From assembly GCA_913043035.1 (NCBI GenBank), contig CAJWMM010000001.1, forward strand, positions 1-25,856: 25,856 bases of DNA, written 5' to 3'. The stretch is from an uncultured Gammaproteobacteria bacterium (lineage in GTDB: Bacteria; Pseudomonadota; Gammaproteobacteria; GCA-002705445; GCA-002716945). The notes below the pieces were generated by a model. That model was not told the origin of the DNA. It made no database searches and saw only the letters and a list, made by a program, of their open reading frames with translations. The translations under genes were made by a program, and so were the position numbers. Position 1 is the first letter of the stretch. Each line of letters opens with the position of its first letter. Of the stretch, positions 8,513 to 16,896 are shown piece by piece.

Positions 8513-8541
8513 ATTATATCAATAATCCCTGTTTTAACCAA
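8513..8541 (-). promoter_or_regulatory. Candidate internal sigma70 promoter for phoU-phoB
   Basis: Minus strand TTGGTT (8541-8536), a 17-nt spacer ending in TG-A, then TATAAT (8518-8513), just upstream of the phoU SD (8505-8501). Confidence 0.55.
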
Positions 8542-9298
8542 TTCTACCAGTTATATAATCTTGAGTTTTTGCATGCTCTGGATTGGAAAAAATATTCTTT
8601 GTGAGTCCAGTCTCCACAAGCTCACCCATGTGCATGTAAGCTGTTCTATTAGACACTCTTGCTGCTTGTTGCATTGAATGTGTAACTATAACAATTGTAT
8701 ATTTCTCTTTTAGCTCCTCAATCAATTCTTCAATTTTTGCAGTTGCAATTGGGTCAAGTGCTGAGCAAGGTTCATCCATTAAAATGATTTCAGGATTCAC
8801 TGCAAGAGCTCTCGCAATACAGAGCCTTTGTTGCTGACCACCTGAAAGTCCAGTACCCGGTTCGAATAACCTATCTTTAACTTCGTTAAATAATCCTGCC
8901 TTTTGTAAGCTCGATACAACAATTTCATCTAGATCATCTTTGTTTTTATACATACCGTGTAGTTTAGGACCATATGCAATATTCTCATAAACTGATTTTG
9001 GAAAAGGATTAGGTTTTTGAAATACCATTCCTACTCTTGTTCTTAAGCTCACAGGGTCTGTGGACGCATCATTTATATTCTCCCCGTCAATCAAAACTTG
9101 CCCATTGTATTTACAAATTTCTACTAAATCATTCATTCTATTGAAGCACTTTATGAGAGTTGATTTACCACAACCAGATGGTCCAATTAATGAAGTGACT
9201 TCATTTGCAAAGATATTTAAATTTACATCAAATAGTGCTTGCTTTTTTCCATAGAAAACATCTAAATTTTTCACTGCTATTTTCAAAGACTCGCTCAT
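8534..9298 (-). CDS. pstB: Phosphate ABC transporter ATPase
   Basis: Walker [82 protein letters not shown]. Confidence 0.98.
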   Translation of the reverse strand: MSESLKIAVKNLDVFYGKKQALFDVNLNIFANEVTSLIGPSGCGKSTLIKCFNRMNDLVEICKYNGQVLIDGENINDASTDPVSLRTRVGMVFQKPNPFPKSVYENIAYGPKLHGMYKNKDDLDEIVVSSLQKAGLFNEVKDRLFEPGTGLSGGQQQRLCIARALAVNPEIILMDEPCSALDPIATAKIEELIEELKEKYTIVIVTHSMQQAARVSNRTAYMHMGELVETGLTKNIFSNPEHAKTQDYITGRIG

Positions 9299-9308
9299 AA
9301 ATTCTTTG

Positions 9309-10526
9309 TCACCATTTTTTCTCTAATTTCTTTCTCAAGTACACCGCAGTAATATTTAGTAAAAACAAAAAGATTAATAATACTATTATAGCTGCAGATG
9401 TTCGTTCAACAAATGCACGCTCAGGACTATCCTGCCATAAAAATATTTGTACTGGAAGCGCGGTAGATGCATCTAATGGTCCTTGAGGAATATCAACGAT
9501 GAACGCTACCATCCCTATCATCAACAAAGGTGCTGTTTCTCCGATAGCTCGAGCAATACCTATTATTGTCCCAGTCAATATACCTGGCATAGCCAGCGGT
9601 AAAGTAAAATTGAATATGGTTTGAACTTTACTTGAACCCAGACCAATGGATGCTTCTTCAATTGATGGAGGAACGGACTTTATGGCAGACCTTGAGGCAA
9701 TCACAATGGTCGGAAGCGTCATCAAACCAAGTGTAAGCCCCCCAACTAAAGAGGCCGAACGTGGTAATTCAAAAAAATTGAGAAAAATAGCTAACCCTAG
9801 TAAACCGAATACAATTGAAGGCACAGCAGCTAAATTATTAATATTAGTCTCGATTAAATCAGAAAAAGCATTTTGTTTTGTTAACTTCTCTAGATAAATT
9901 GCAGTTAAGACACCTAGAGGGAAAGAAGTTACAAAGGCAATAAGTATGGCAAATAGTGATCCATAAATAGCTCCTAGTATACCAGCCATTTCAGGGTTCC
10001 TACTATCTGCTGAGCCAAGAAGATATCTATTAAATTGAAGTTCTATAAGATTCATTTTCACGAATTCATCAACAAACTTCATCTGGCTAGGTTTAATTCT
10101 TCCTGCGCTGTTGCCTTGTCTAGCCACAGTGCCTTTAAAATACATATCTAAATCATCAGAGGCCAAAAAATAATAATACCCATCAATCACATCACCATCA
10201 TATGCTTCTAGCATTTCCTTAAATTCAATATAAGCACCTGGGCTGAATAAAGAATAGAGATTTTTCTTATCAGACCTACTCTGAGCCTCAGGAAACATAT
10301 TTCTTAGATTTTTTCGCAGAGTTGACCTTGCATCTAGCTCTGATAAATTTTCACCTTTCTCAATTTGAATCTTGACCCCTAGATAGGTTTGATTGAATGC
10401 GCTGAAACCTGTACTGAAAATTTTAAATAACAGAACCAAGAGTAAAAAAATAGCAAGACCTACAGCTAGTAAACCATAAAATTGGAATCTTTTTTCACTC
10501 TTATTTCTTTGTATAATATTACTCAT
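9309..10526 (-). CDS. pstA: Phosphate ABC transporter permease PstA with N-terminal DUF3333-like extension
   Basis: [46 protein letters not shown]-type motif ([15 protein letters not shown]), ALPVQIFLW, plus an extra periplasmic region ([12 protein letters not shown]). Confidence 0.95.
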   Translation of the reverse strand: MSNIIQRNKSEKRFQFYGLLAVGLAIFLLLVLLFKIFSTGFSAFNQTYLGVKIQIEKGENLSELDARSTLRKNLRNMFPEAQSRSDKKNLYSLFSPGAYIEFKEMLEAYDGDVIDGYYYFLASDDLDMYFKGTVARQGNSAGRIKPSQMKFVDEFVKMNLIELQFNRYLLGSADSRNPEMAGILGAIYGSLFAILIAFVTSFPLGVLTAIYLEKLTKQNAFSDLIETNINNLAAVPSIVFGLLGLAIFLNFFELPRSASLVGGLTLGLMTLPTIVIASRSAIKSVPPSIEEASIGLGSSKVQTIFNFTLPLAMPGILTGTIIGIARAIGETAPLLMIGMVAFIVDIPQGPLDASTALPVQIFLWQDSPERAFVERTSAAIIVLLIFLFLLNITAVYLRKKLEKKW

Positions 10527-11895
10527 ATTGCTCTCTAAATTTCTTCACGATAGATAGTGAAATTATATTAAGTATTAAAGTAAGGAAGAATAAGACGAAT
10601 GCAAGTGCGAATGCAGACATGGTTTTAGCACTATCAAATTCTTGATCCCCAGTAAGGAGGCCGACAATTTGAACGGTAACTGTTGTCACTGCGTTAAAAG
10701 GATTCGCAGTAAGATTTGCCGCGAAACCAGCTGCCATTACCACAATCATCGTCTCGCCTATTGCTCTTGAGAAAGCTAGTAAAAAACTTCCTACTATTCC
10801 ATGAAACGAAGCTGGAATAATTACTCTTGTTGTTGTCTCTGATAATGTGGCGCCCATTGCCAAAGAACCCTCTTTCAATGACCTAGGCACAGCCGATAAT
10901 GAATCATCCGTCAGTGATGCGATAAAAGGTATTATCATGATACCCAAGACTGATCCTGCTATTAAAGCACTCTCTGAACTAAAGCCATCAATATTAAAAA
11001 AGATACCTAGATCTCTAAAAAATGGACCTACGGTTATAACCGCAAAGAAACCATAAACGACAGTCGGAATACCTGCTAATATTTCAATAATTGGTTTTGC
11101 ATACGATCGAACTCTATTTGAAGCATATTGGGATAGATAAATCGCAGAAAATAAACCTATTGGCCCAGCAACTAACATAGCTATTAATGATATTAACAAA
11201 GTACCTGTGAATACCGGAACTGCTCCAAAGCTTCCTGATGACCCGACTTGACCTTCTCTAATTGACATCTGCGGACTCCAATGCGTTCCAAATAAAAATT
11301 CTGTGACTGCAACTGATTCAAAAAAACGAAGGGTTTCAAATAATAATGACAATACAATTCCAAGCGTAATAAAGATGGCAAATATTGATGCATATTTCAT
11401 TGTTCTGATTACAATGTCTTCGACTAAATCACGTGCTTTAAATTTAGCGGTGACTAAATTTAGTGAATATCTGAATGTAATAAGAGTAATGATTACTATC
11501 ACAATAGACTTCAACGCTAAACTCATTTTAGTAGAAGTCTCATAATACTCGACTGCAGAAGAAAAATTAGAATGATTCATCAGGGTGTCACTCGCACCAG
11601 CGACAAAACTTTTTACACCAGAAACGTAAAAGCTTACCTTATATGGGTCAACAACATCAGAAAAATATGACTCAAGATTAGTTTTAAATATTGAATTCTC
11701 TAGCCAAGACCAAAGAAATAATAGAATGATCGCAGGCGCGATTGTTAGTATTGCCGAAAAGAGACCATGGTAATGTGGCTGTGAATGAACATCTAGAGGG
11801 TTTATAGCGTTCAGAGCTGATGCTTTTCTTTTGCTTAAGAAAAAACTATAAGCAGTTAGGCCTAGGATTGTTAGTATTAAAAATTCAATAGTCAT
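10519..11895 (-). CDS. pstC: Phosphate ABC transporter permease PstC with N-terminal extension
   Basis: HSQPHYHG N-terminal motif, FLFGTHWSPQM, FGAVPVFTGTLLIS, KPIIEILAGIPTVVYGFF, SRAIGETMIVVMAAG, TTVTVQIV. Confidence 0.95.
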   Translation of the reverse strand: MTIEFLILTILGLTAYSFFLSKRKASALNAINPLDVHSQPHYHGLFSAILTIAPAIILLFLWSWLENSIFKTNLESYFSDVVDPYKVSFYVSGVKSFVAGASDTLMNHSNFSSAVEYYETSTKMSLALKSIVIVIITLITFRYSLNLVTAKFKARDLVEDIVIRTMKYASIFAIFITLGIVLSLLFETLRFFESVAVTEFLFGTHWSPQMSIREGQVGSSGSFGAVPVFTGTLLISLIAMLVAGPIGLFSAIYLSQYASNRVRSYAKPIIEILAGIPTVVYGFFAVITVGPFFRDLGIFFNIDGFSSESALIAGSVLGIMIIPFIASLTDDSLSAVPRSLKEGSLAMGATLSETTTRVIIPASFHGIVGSFLLAFSRAIGETMIVVMAAGFAANLTANPFNAVTTVTVQIVGLLTGDQEFDSAKTMSAFALAFVLFFLTLILNIISLSIVKKFREQYE

Positions 11896-11932
11896 ATATA
11901 TTTCATCTTTAGAAACATATTATTCACTAATT

Positions 11933-11950
11933 GTTACAAATATATTAAAT
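11933..11950 (-). promoter_or_regulatory. Weaker Pho-box-like site upstream of pstC
   Basis: Minus strand ATTTAAT-ATAT-TTGTAAC. The second half-site is identical to a half-site upstream of the porin; the first is degenerate. Confidence 0.35.
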
Positions 11951-11979
11951 GTCTAAATTATCTAAATATTGTTTAACAA

Positions 11980-12006
11980 TAGCGCCAATATTGATATATG
12001 ACGCTA
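11980..12006 (-). terminator. Stem-loop downstream of pstS (weak terminator or mRNA-stabilising hairpin)
   Basis: Minus strand TAGCGTCA-tatatcaatat-TGGCGCTA: 8-bp stem with one G-U pair, 11 nt after the pstS stop, followed only by a weak TTGTT. Confidence 0.5.
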
Positions 12007-12017
12007 ATTCTTCCTAT

Positions 12018-13049
12018 CTAGTATTGGATGTTAGCTAGGCTTTTACTGTCTTTTTGGAATTTAGCGCGCATTGCTTTAGGCATTGGTATAAGACCATTAT
12101 CTAACAAATAGCCCTCATCTCCGATAGCATTCTCACTCATGAATTCTGCCATGTATTCTTTAATGCCTGGAATAGATCCTATATGATCTTTCTTCACGTA
12201 AAAAAATAATGAGCGTGAGACTTTGTATTCGCCAGAAGCTATTGTCTCAAAAGTCGGACTTATTCCATCAACAACTGCTCCTTTAACTGAGTCTGTGTTT
12301 TGATCTAAAAAACTAAACCCAAAAACACCCACGGCATTTGGATTACTGACAAGTTTTTGAATTATAAGATTATCATTTTCCCCAGCTTCAATATATCTCC
12401 CATCTTCTCGTATGGTATAGCATAACTTCTTCCATGAAGATTTATCTTTCTTCTTAAAAGCTTTTATCCAAGGGATAGTATTACATCCACCTCCAAGAGC
12501 TAATTCAACAAATGCATCTCGTGTTCCTGATGTTGGAGGAGGACCGTAAACTTCGATTTTAATATCCGGTAAAGATGAATTTACGTCTCTCCATGTCACA
12601 GATTCGTTGACACATGTAACCTCATCTTGCATTCCACATGGCACTTTTGCTGCTAGTGCTAGATATAAATCCTTCCTTGAAATGTCAAACGAAGGTCCAT
12701 TATTAGAATTAGCTACAACAATACCATCAAATCCAATTTTATGTTCTATAATATCGTTGATTCCATTTTCCGCGCACAAACTAATTTCTTTCTTTTTTAT
12801 TCTTCTTGAAGCATTAGTTATATCAGGTTTAGAGGGGCCTTTACCAGAACAGAATAATTTTAGTCCTCCCCCAGAACCAGTTGATTCAATAATTGGCGTC
12901 TTAAATCCATTATCTGCTCTTCCAAAAGTTTCTGCAACGACTGTGGCAAACGGGTAAACGGTTGAAGAACCTACAATCCTTATAGTATCTCTAGCTTCAG
13001 CTGGTAATGTCATAAGTAATAAAACTAGAAACAGTGAAATTTTATTCAT
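12018..13049 (-). CDS. pstS: Phosphate ABC transporter substrate-binding protein
   Basis: Signal peptide ending AEA, then RDTIRIVGSSTVYPF, ESTGSGGG, NASRRIK, GPPPTSGTRDAF, IEAGENDNLI, YKVSRSLFFYVK. Start moved to ATG 13049 because GGAG (13061-13058) lies 8 nt upstream; the track's GTG at 13058 overlaps that SD. Confidence 0.96.
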   Translation of the reverse strand: MNKISLFLVLLLMTLPAEARDTIRIVGSSTVYPFATVVAETFGRADNGFKTPIIESTGSGGGLKLFCSGKGPSKPDITNASRRIKKKEISLCAENGINDIIEHKIGFDGIVVANSNNGPSFDISRKDLYLALAAKVPCGMQDEVTCVNESVTWRDVNSSLPDIKIEVYGPPPTSGTRDAFVELALGGGCNTIPWIKAFKKKDKSSWKKLCYTIREDGRYIEAGENDNLIIQKLVSNPNAVGVFGFSFLDQNTDSVKGAVVDGISPTFETIASGEYKVSRSLFFYVKKDHIGSIPGIKEYMAEFMSENAIGDEGYLLDNGLIPMPKAMRAKFQKDSKSLANIQY

Positions 13050-13108
13050 TATTATCACTCCAAAAAAAATTAACTTCCATCATTACAAATGATTTAAATT
13101 AAGCACAA

Positions 13109-13126
13109 ATGAACATTTTGTTACAG
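13109..13126 (-). promoter_or_regulatory. Pho box upstream of pstS
   Basis: Minus strand CTGTAAC-AAAA-TGTTCAT, 18 bp, aligns with CTGTCAT-AAAA-CTGTCAT. A further half-site TTGTAAT lies at 13088-13082. Confidence 0.7.
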
Positions 13127-13131
13127 ATTTG

Positions 13132-14349
13132 TTAATTCATATCGTCAGAATATTTTGGGATACTTACCGAAAACTTACTGCCTTTTCCAACTTCGCTAGT
13201 AACCTCTAGCTTACCCTCATGACGATTTAAAATATGTTTTACAATCGCTAAGCCTAACCCAGAGCTATTACGCCGATAATCCACACTATTTTGAGCTCTA
13301 AAAAATCTCTCTGTCAATCTTGCAATCTCATTGGTTGGTATCCCAATCCCATTATCAATAATAGAGATTTTCTCATACTCAGCTAACGATTGGTGTTCTA
13401 TACTGATTTTACCCTCTTCGTCACCATAAGTGACCGCGTTTTCAAGTAAATTCTCAAAAACTTCAATGATTTGATCAGTGTTACCTCTTACAAATATCGA
13501 AGTTACTTGTTGAGATAATTCGATAGATATTTTTCTCTTTTTGGCAATTACATTCAGTGCATCCAGGGCAGAGTGTATGCATGCACCTAAATCAACTTTT
13601 TCATTTGGTAATTGAAATTCTGATTCCTCGACTCGTGAAAGAGATAATAAATCATTTACTAGCCTCTGCATTCTCTCTGCTTCACTTTTTATTGTTTGGA
13701 AAAATTCTTTCTTTTTTTTCTCGTCATCCTTAGCCGGTCCTTCAATTGTTTCTATAAAACCAAGAATGGAGGCAAGAGGCGTACGTAATTCATGGCTTAC
13801 ATTTGATACAAAATTTGTTTTAAGTTTATCAACAGCTTTTAGATCAGAGATATCAGTAATTGATAATAAAACAAATTTGCTTTTATGTTTGATGGTAAAT
13901 AATTGAGCTAACAAATATTTTTCTACTGATTGAAAAATACTAAATTCGACACTTCTAAACACATTTTTTGCGTTAATGCTTTCAATTGCCGAATCTATAT
14001 CCGGTGAACGTAGAGAGATAGCTATGGGTTGTCCGTCTGGATTGCCTCCACAAAAGTTCTTGAAAGCCTGATTTGATGATCTTATTATGAAGCCACTATC
14101 TACAATTACCATTGGTTGTTCATTATGCGTAAATAACGCAGACTTTTTGATAATACTATATTCAGTTGGATTTTTTGAAGTATCTAATTTTGATTGAACT
14201 ATAATTTCATTAGATTGTAATTTCTTATTTGTGAAATAAAAAGCCACGCCATAAAGACTTACTAAAGTAAAAATATATATCTGAGGAACATTAAATACAA
14301 AAAGTAAATATACAGTTGGAATTGAGACTATTAAAAAAAGCTTTTTCAT
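13132..14349 (-). CDS. phoR: Phosphate regulon sensor histidine kinase PhoR
   Basis: N-terminal TM hairpin, PAS-like region, H-box FVSNVSHELRTPL, EAERMQRLVNDLLSLSRVE, N-box FENLLENAVTYG, G-boxes DNGIGIP / ERFFR / SGLGLAIVKHI. Heads the pst-pho cluster. Confidence 0.93.
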   Translation of the reverse strand: MKKLFLIVSIPTVYLLFVFNVPQIYIFTLVSLYGVAFYFTNKKLQSNEIIVQSKLDTSKNPTEYSIIKKSALFTHNEQPMVIVDSGFIIRSSNQAFKNFCGGNPDGQPIAISLRSPDIDSAIESINAKNVFRSVEFSIFQSVEKYLLAQLFTIKHKSKFVLLSITDISDLKAVDKLKTNFVSNVSHELRTPLASILGFIETIEGPAKDDEKKKKEFFQTIKSEAERMQRLVNDLLSLSRVEESEFQLPNEKVDLGACIHSALDALNVIAKKRKISIELSQQVTSIFVRGNTDQIIEVFENLLENAVTYGDEEGKISIEHQSLAEYEKISIIDNGIGIPTNEIARLTERFFRAQNSVDYRRNSSGLGLAIVKHILNRHEGKLEVTSEVGKGSKFSVSIPKYSDDMN

Positions 14350-14416
14350 TTTGTATAAGGAATTGTTGTCAAGATATGTGCATGTTATTATCTCACTATT
14401 AACATAATATACTAAT

Positions 14417-15568
14417 ATGACAGATATATTAATCCATAAATCATCGAAATATATAAAAGAAGATAGAGATTACTATTGTTCGGACATTCGTGATAAACAC
14501 GGAATGATTAAACCTAGTGATGATCTTATCAGTTTATCTTGTGACTCTGAGATAATAAGACCAGATATTGATTGTGGTGAACTGTGCTCTATTTACTACC
14601 CGTTTGAAAAACATTCATTTAATAGAATTTACTTAGGCATAAGTTTCCCATTATTTGCTAATAATTGGGGAGCGGCCTTTCTTAGATATCTAATGTATCT
14701 TATCAAAAAAGATGGCGCAGTGATTCTTCCTGTATATGCCGAGCGTCAAGGTGTAGAGAAGAACTATTGGTCAAGAAGCTCGCTTGAAGTTATGTTTCAA
14801 AGCAGACAAAAATGGTGGGGTATGAGTAATATTTGGGCTGAAAATGACGGTGTTATGTCTATGAGAATAGGGAAAAAAGAACCTCCTCTAATAGATAGTA
14901 CTATAAATCATTTGTTCGATAATGAGTTTCAAAAAGCCAATGGCTCTGTAGATGAAGATTTTATAAAAACTGTGATGAGGCATCACAATAATGCAACTAC
15001 TAGTGCAATCATCGAACAAATTATTATAAATTATCATGGCAGAAAAAAATCTGTCTCTTTACTTAATGTCCTAGGTGATTCATTATTGCCATCAGAAATT
15101 CTCATGAGCGACTATGTAAATGTTATAGAGGCAACTCAACATTTTAACCAAAACTCTGAATCAAATTACAAGAATGGTTTTTTACCAGAATCTTTTAGTA
15201 AAAATCTGGGGGTTATCGTTAATGATCAGATCCCTCATGTAAGTGAAAAAAAATACGATATAATTACGATGATTGATTCTCTTTGTGGTAGATCTGAGAA
15301 CGAAAAACTATCAATTATTTCTGACCTTAAAGGTTTACTTAATAGGAAAGGTATAGTTGTAATTAGGGATAGTGCATTTGATAAAAAGGAATTCTGTGAG
15401 AAAATAAAAAATGATTTAAACGTAAACGAGCTAGATCAATACTCCTCCATTGTAGCTGCCAAACACATCAAAGATAAAAAGATTGCACATTATTCTGACA
15501 TAATTTTTGATGAGCTCAACAAAGAAAATCAAAGCAGACAAAGTGTATTTAGTATTATTCAATTTTAG
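14417..15568 (+). CDS. Hypothetical protein, 383 aa, with two degenerate class I SAM-methyltransferase-like repeats
   Basis: Long ORF divergent from phoR, 2 nt from the next gene. Repeat 1: YPFEKHSFNRIY...AFLRYLMYLIKKDGAVIL. Repeat 2: KKYDIITMIDSL...IISDLKGLLNRKGIVVIRD. Both resemble the methyltransferase beta4 to 'L.PGG.l' segment, but no intact GxGxG motif I is visible. The ORF is likely real; the fold call is tentative. Confidence 0.75.
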   Translation: MTDILIHKSSKYIKEDRDYYCSDIRDKHGMIKPSDDLISLSCDSEIIRPDIDCGELCSIYYPFEKHSFNRIYLGISFPLFANNWGAAFLRYLMYLIKKDGAVILPVYAERQGVEKNYWSRSSLEVMFQSRQKWWGMSNIWAENDGVMSMRIGKKEPPLIDSTINHLFDNEFQKANGSVDEDFIKTVMRHHNNATTSAIIEQIIINYHGRKKSVSLLNVLGDSLLPSEILMSDYVNVIEATQHFNQNSESNYKNGFLPESFSKNLGVIVNDQIPHVSEKKYDIITMIDSLCGRSENEKLSIISDLKGLLNRKGIVVIRDSAFDKKEFCEKIKNDLNVNELDQYSSIVAAKHIKDKKIAHYSDIIFDELNKENQSRQSVFSIIQF

Positions 15569-15570
15569 TT

Positions 15571-16896
15571 ATGGATATTTTTCTTAATCATCTCAGCAGT
15601 TTCCTTTGGGGTCCTTTTACGCTCGCATTTCTGCTATTAGTTGGAGTGTATTTAATGTATGGGCTAAGTGCATATCCACTTACAAACGTAGGTTATGCTC
15701 TAAGGTCTTTGTTTAAAAAAGAAGATAAAGAGTCAGGCGATATCTCTTCTTTTGAATCACTCATGACCGCTCTATCTGCAACTGTTGGAACAGGAAATAT
15801 TGCAGGTGTTGCGACTGCAATTTTTCTCGGTGGCCCAGGTGCTATTTTTTGGATGTGGATTACTGCGATATTTGGTATGGCCACAAAATATGCGGAGGCT
15901 TTTCTTGCTATTAAATACAGAGAAAAGAACCTAAACGATGAGTATGTTGGTGGTCCTATGTATTACATTAAAAATGGTTTAAGTCAAAGGTTTAGTTATC
16001 TAGCTTATTTTTTTGCTCTATTCGGGATGATCGCTGCTTTTGGAATTGGTAACGGTGTTCAGTCTAATTCTGTTGCTCAAGTTGTTACAAATGAATTTGA
16101 AATTGATAAATTGACAGTAGGCATAGTAATAGCTTTTCTAGTTACGCTAGTTATCTTGGGAGGGATAAAGAGTATAGGCAAAACTGCATCTAAGTTAGTA
16201 CCTATTATGTCATTGATTTATATCATTGGAGGTCTATATATTATATTAATAAATTATAATCAAATACCTACGATATTTTTTATGATCATAGAGTCTGCCT
16301 TCACTGGTAGTGCTGCAAGTGGTGGTTTTGCTGGTGCGACTATTTGGATGGCGATAAGATTTGGTGTATCACGAGGTGTTTTCTCTAATGAAGCGGGGCT
16401 AGGTAGCTCACCTATTGCACATGCTGCTGCTAGAACAAACAGTCCAATAAAACAAGGATCTGTCTCTATGCTTGAGCCACTTATTGATACGATTATTGTT
16501 TGCACGATAACTGCTTTTGTAATTCTATTGAGCCAAAGTTGGTTATCTGGTGTAAATGGTGCAGCTCTCACGTCTAATGCGTATGAACAAGGTCTACCCT
16601 CGTTTGGAAAATACATAGTGATTTTTGGATTAGTGCTCTTTGCATTTAGTACCATTATAGGCTGGAGTTACTATGGGGAAAAATGTGCAGAATTTATATT
16701 TGGAAATAGAATTATAATGCCTTATAGAATATTTTGGATCATAATTATTCCTGTTGGAGCTGTTATTGAGTTAAACCTTGTATGGTTAATAGCTGATATA
16801 ATGAATGCACTAATGGCATTACCGAATTTAATTGCTCTAGTACTACTAAGTCCTATAGTATTTAAGGAAACTAGAGCATATTTAAAAAATGAATAA
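15571..16896 (+). CDS. agcS: Alanine/glycine:cation symporter (AGCS family)
   Basis: ISSFESLMTALSATVGTGNIAGVATAI, GGPGAIFWMW, GGPMYYI, GIGNGVQSNS, GVSRGVFSNEAGLGS, FAFSTIIGWSYYGEKC, MALPNLIAL. Confidence 0.95.
   Translation: MDIFLNHLSSFLWGPFTLAFLLLVGVYLMYGLSAYPLTNVGYALRSLFKKEDKESGDISSFESLMTALSATVGTGNIAGVATAIFLGGPGAIFWMWITAIFGMATKYAEAFLAIKYREKNLNDEYVGGPMYYIKNGLSQRFSYLAYFFALFGMIAAFGIGNGVQSNSVAQVVTNEFEIDKLTVGIVIAFLVTLVILGGIKSIGKTASKLVPIMSLIYIIGGLYIILINYNQIPTIFFMIIESAFTGSAASGGFAGATIWMAIRFGVSRGVFSNEAGLGSSPIAHAAARTNSPIKQGSVSMLEPLIDTIIVCTITAFVILLSQSWLSGVNGAALTSNAYEQGLPSFGKYIVIFGLVLFAFSTIIGWSYYGEKCAEFIFGNRIIMPYRIFWIIIIPVGAVIELNLVWLIADIMNALMALPNLIALVLLSPIVFKETRAYLKNE

Noticed and set aside
9060-12957. 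Short ORFs inside pst genes (9060-9254, 9646-9897, 10847-11056, 11193-11393, 11303-11545, 12607-12957)
   Set aside because: All nested in or antisense to well-supported pst genes.
13050-13058. Track start of pstS at GTG 13058
   Set aside because: That GTG overlaps the GGAG SD; ATG 13049 has correct spacing.
5739-14416. Genomic-island boundaries around the porin-pho cluster
   Set aside because: No tRNA, integrase, transposase or flanking direct repeat found by eye, and no obvious composition step.
14417-15568. Naming orf383 as BtaA/BtaB, PmtA or a glycine methyltransferase
   Set aside because: No intact SAM motif or family-specific signature is visible; kept as a hypothesis only.
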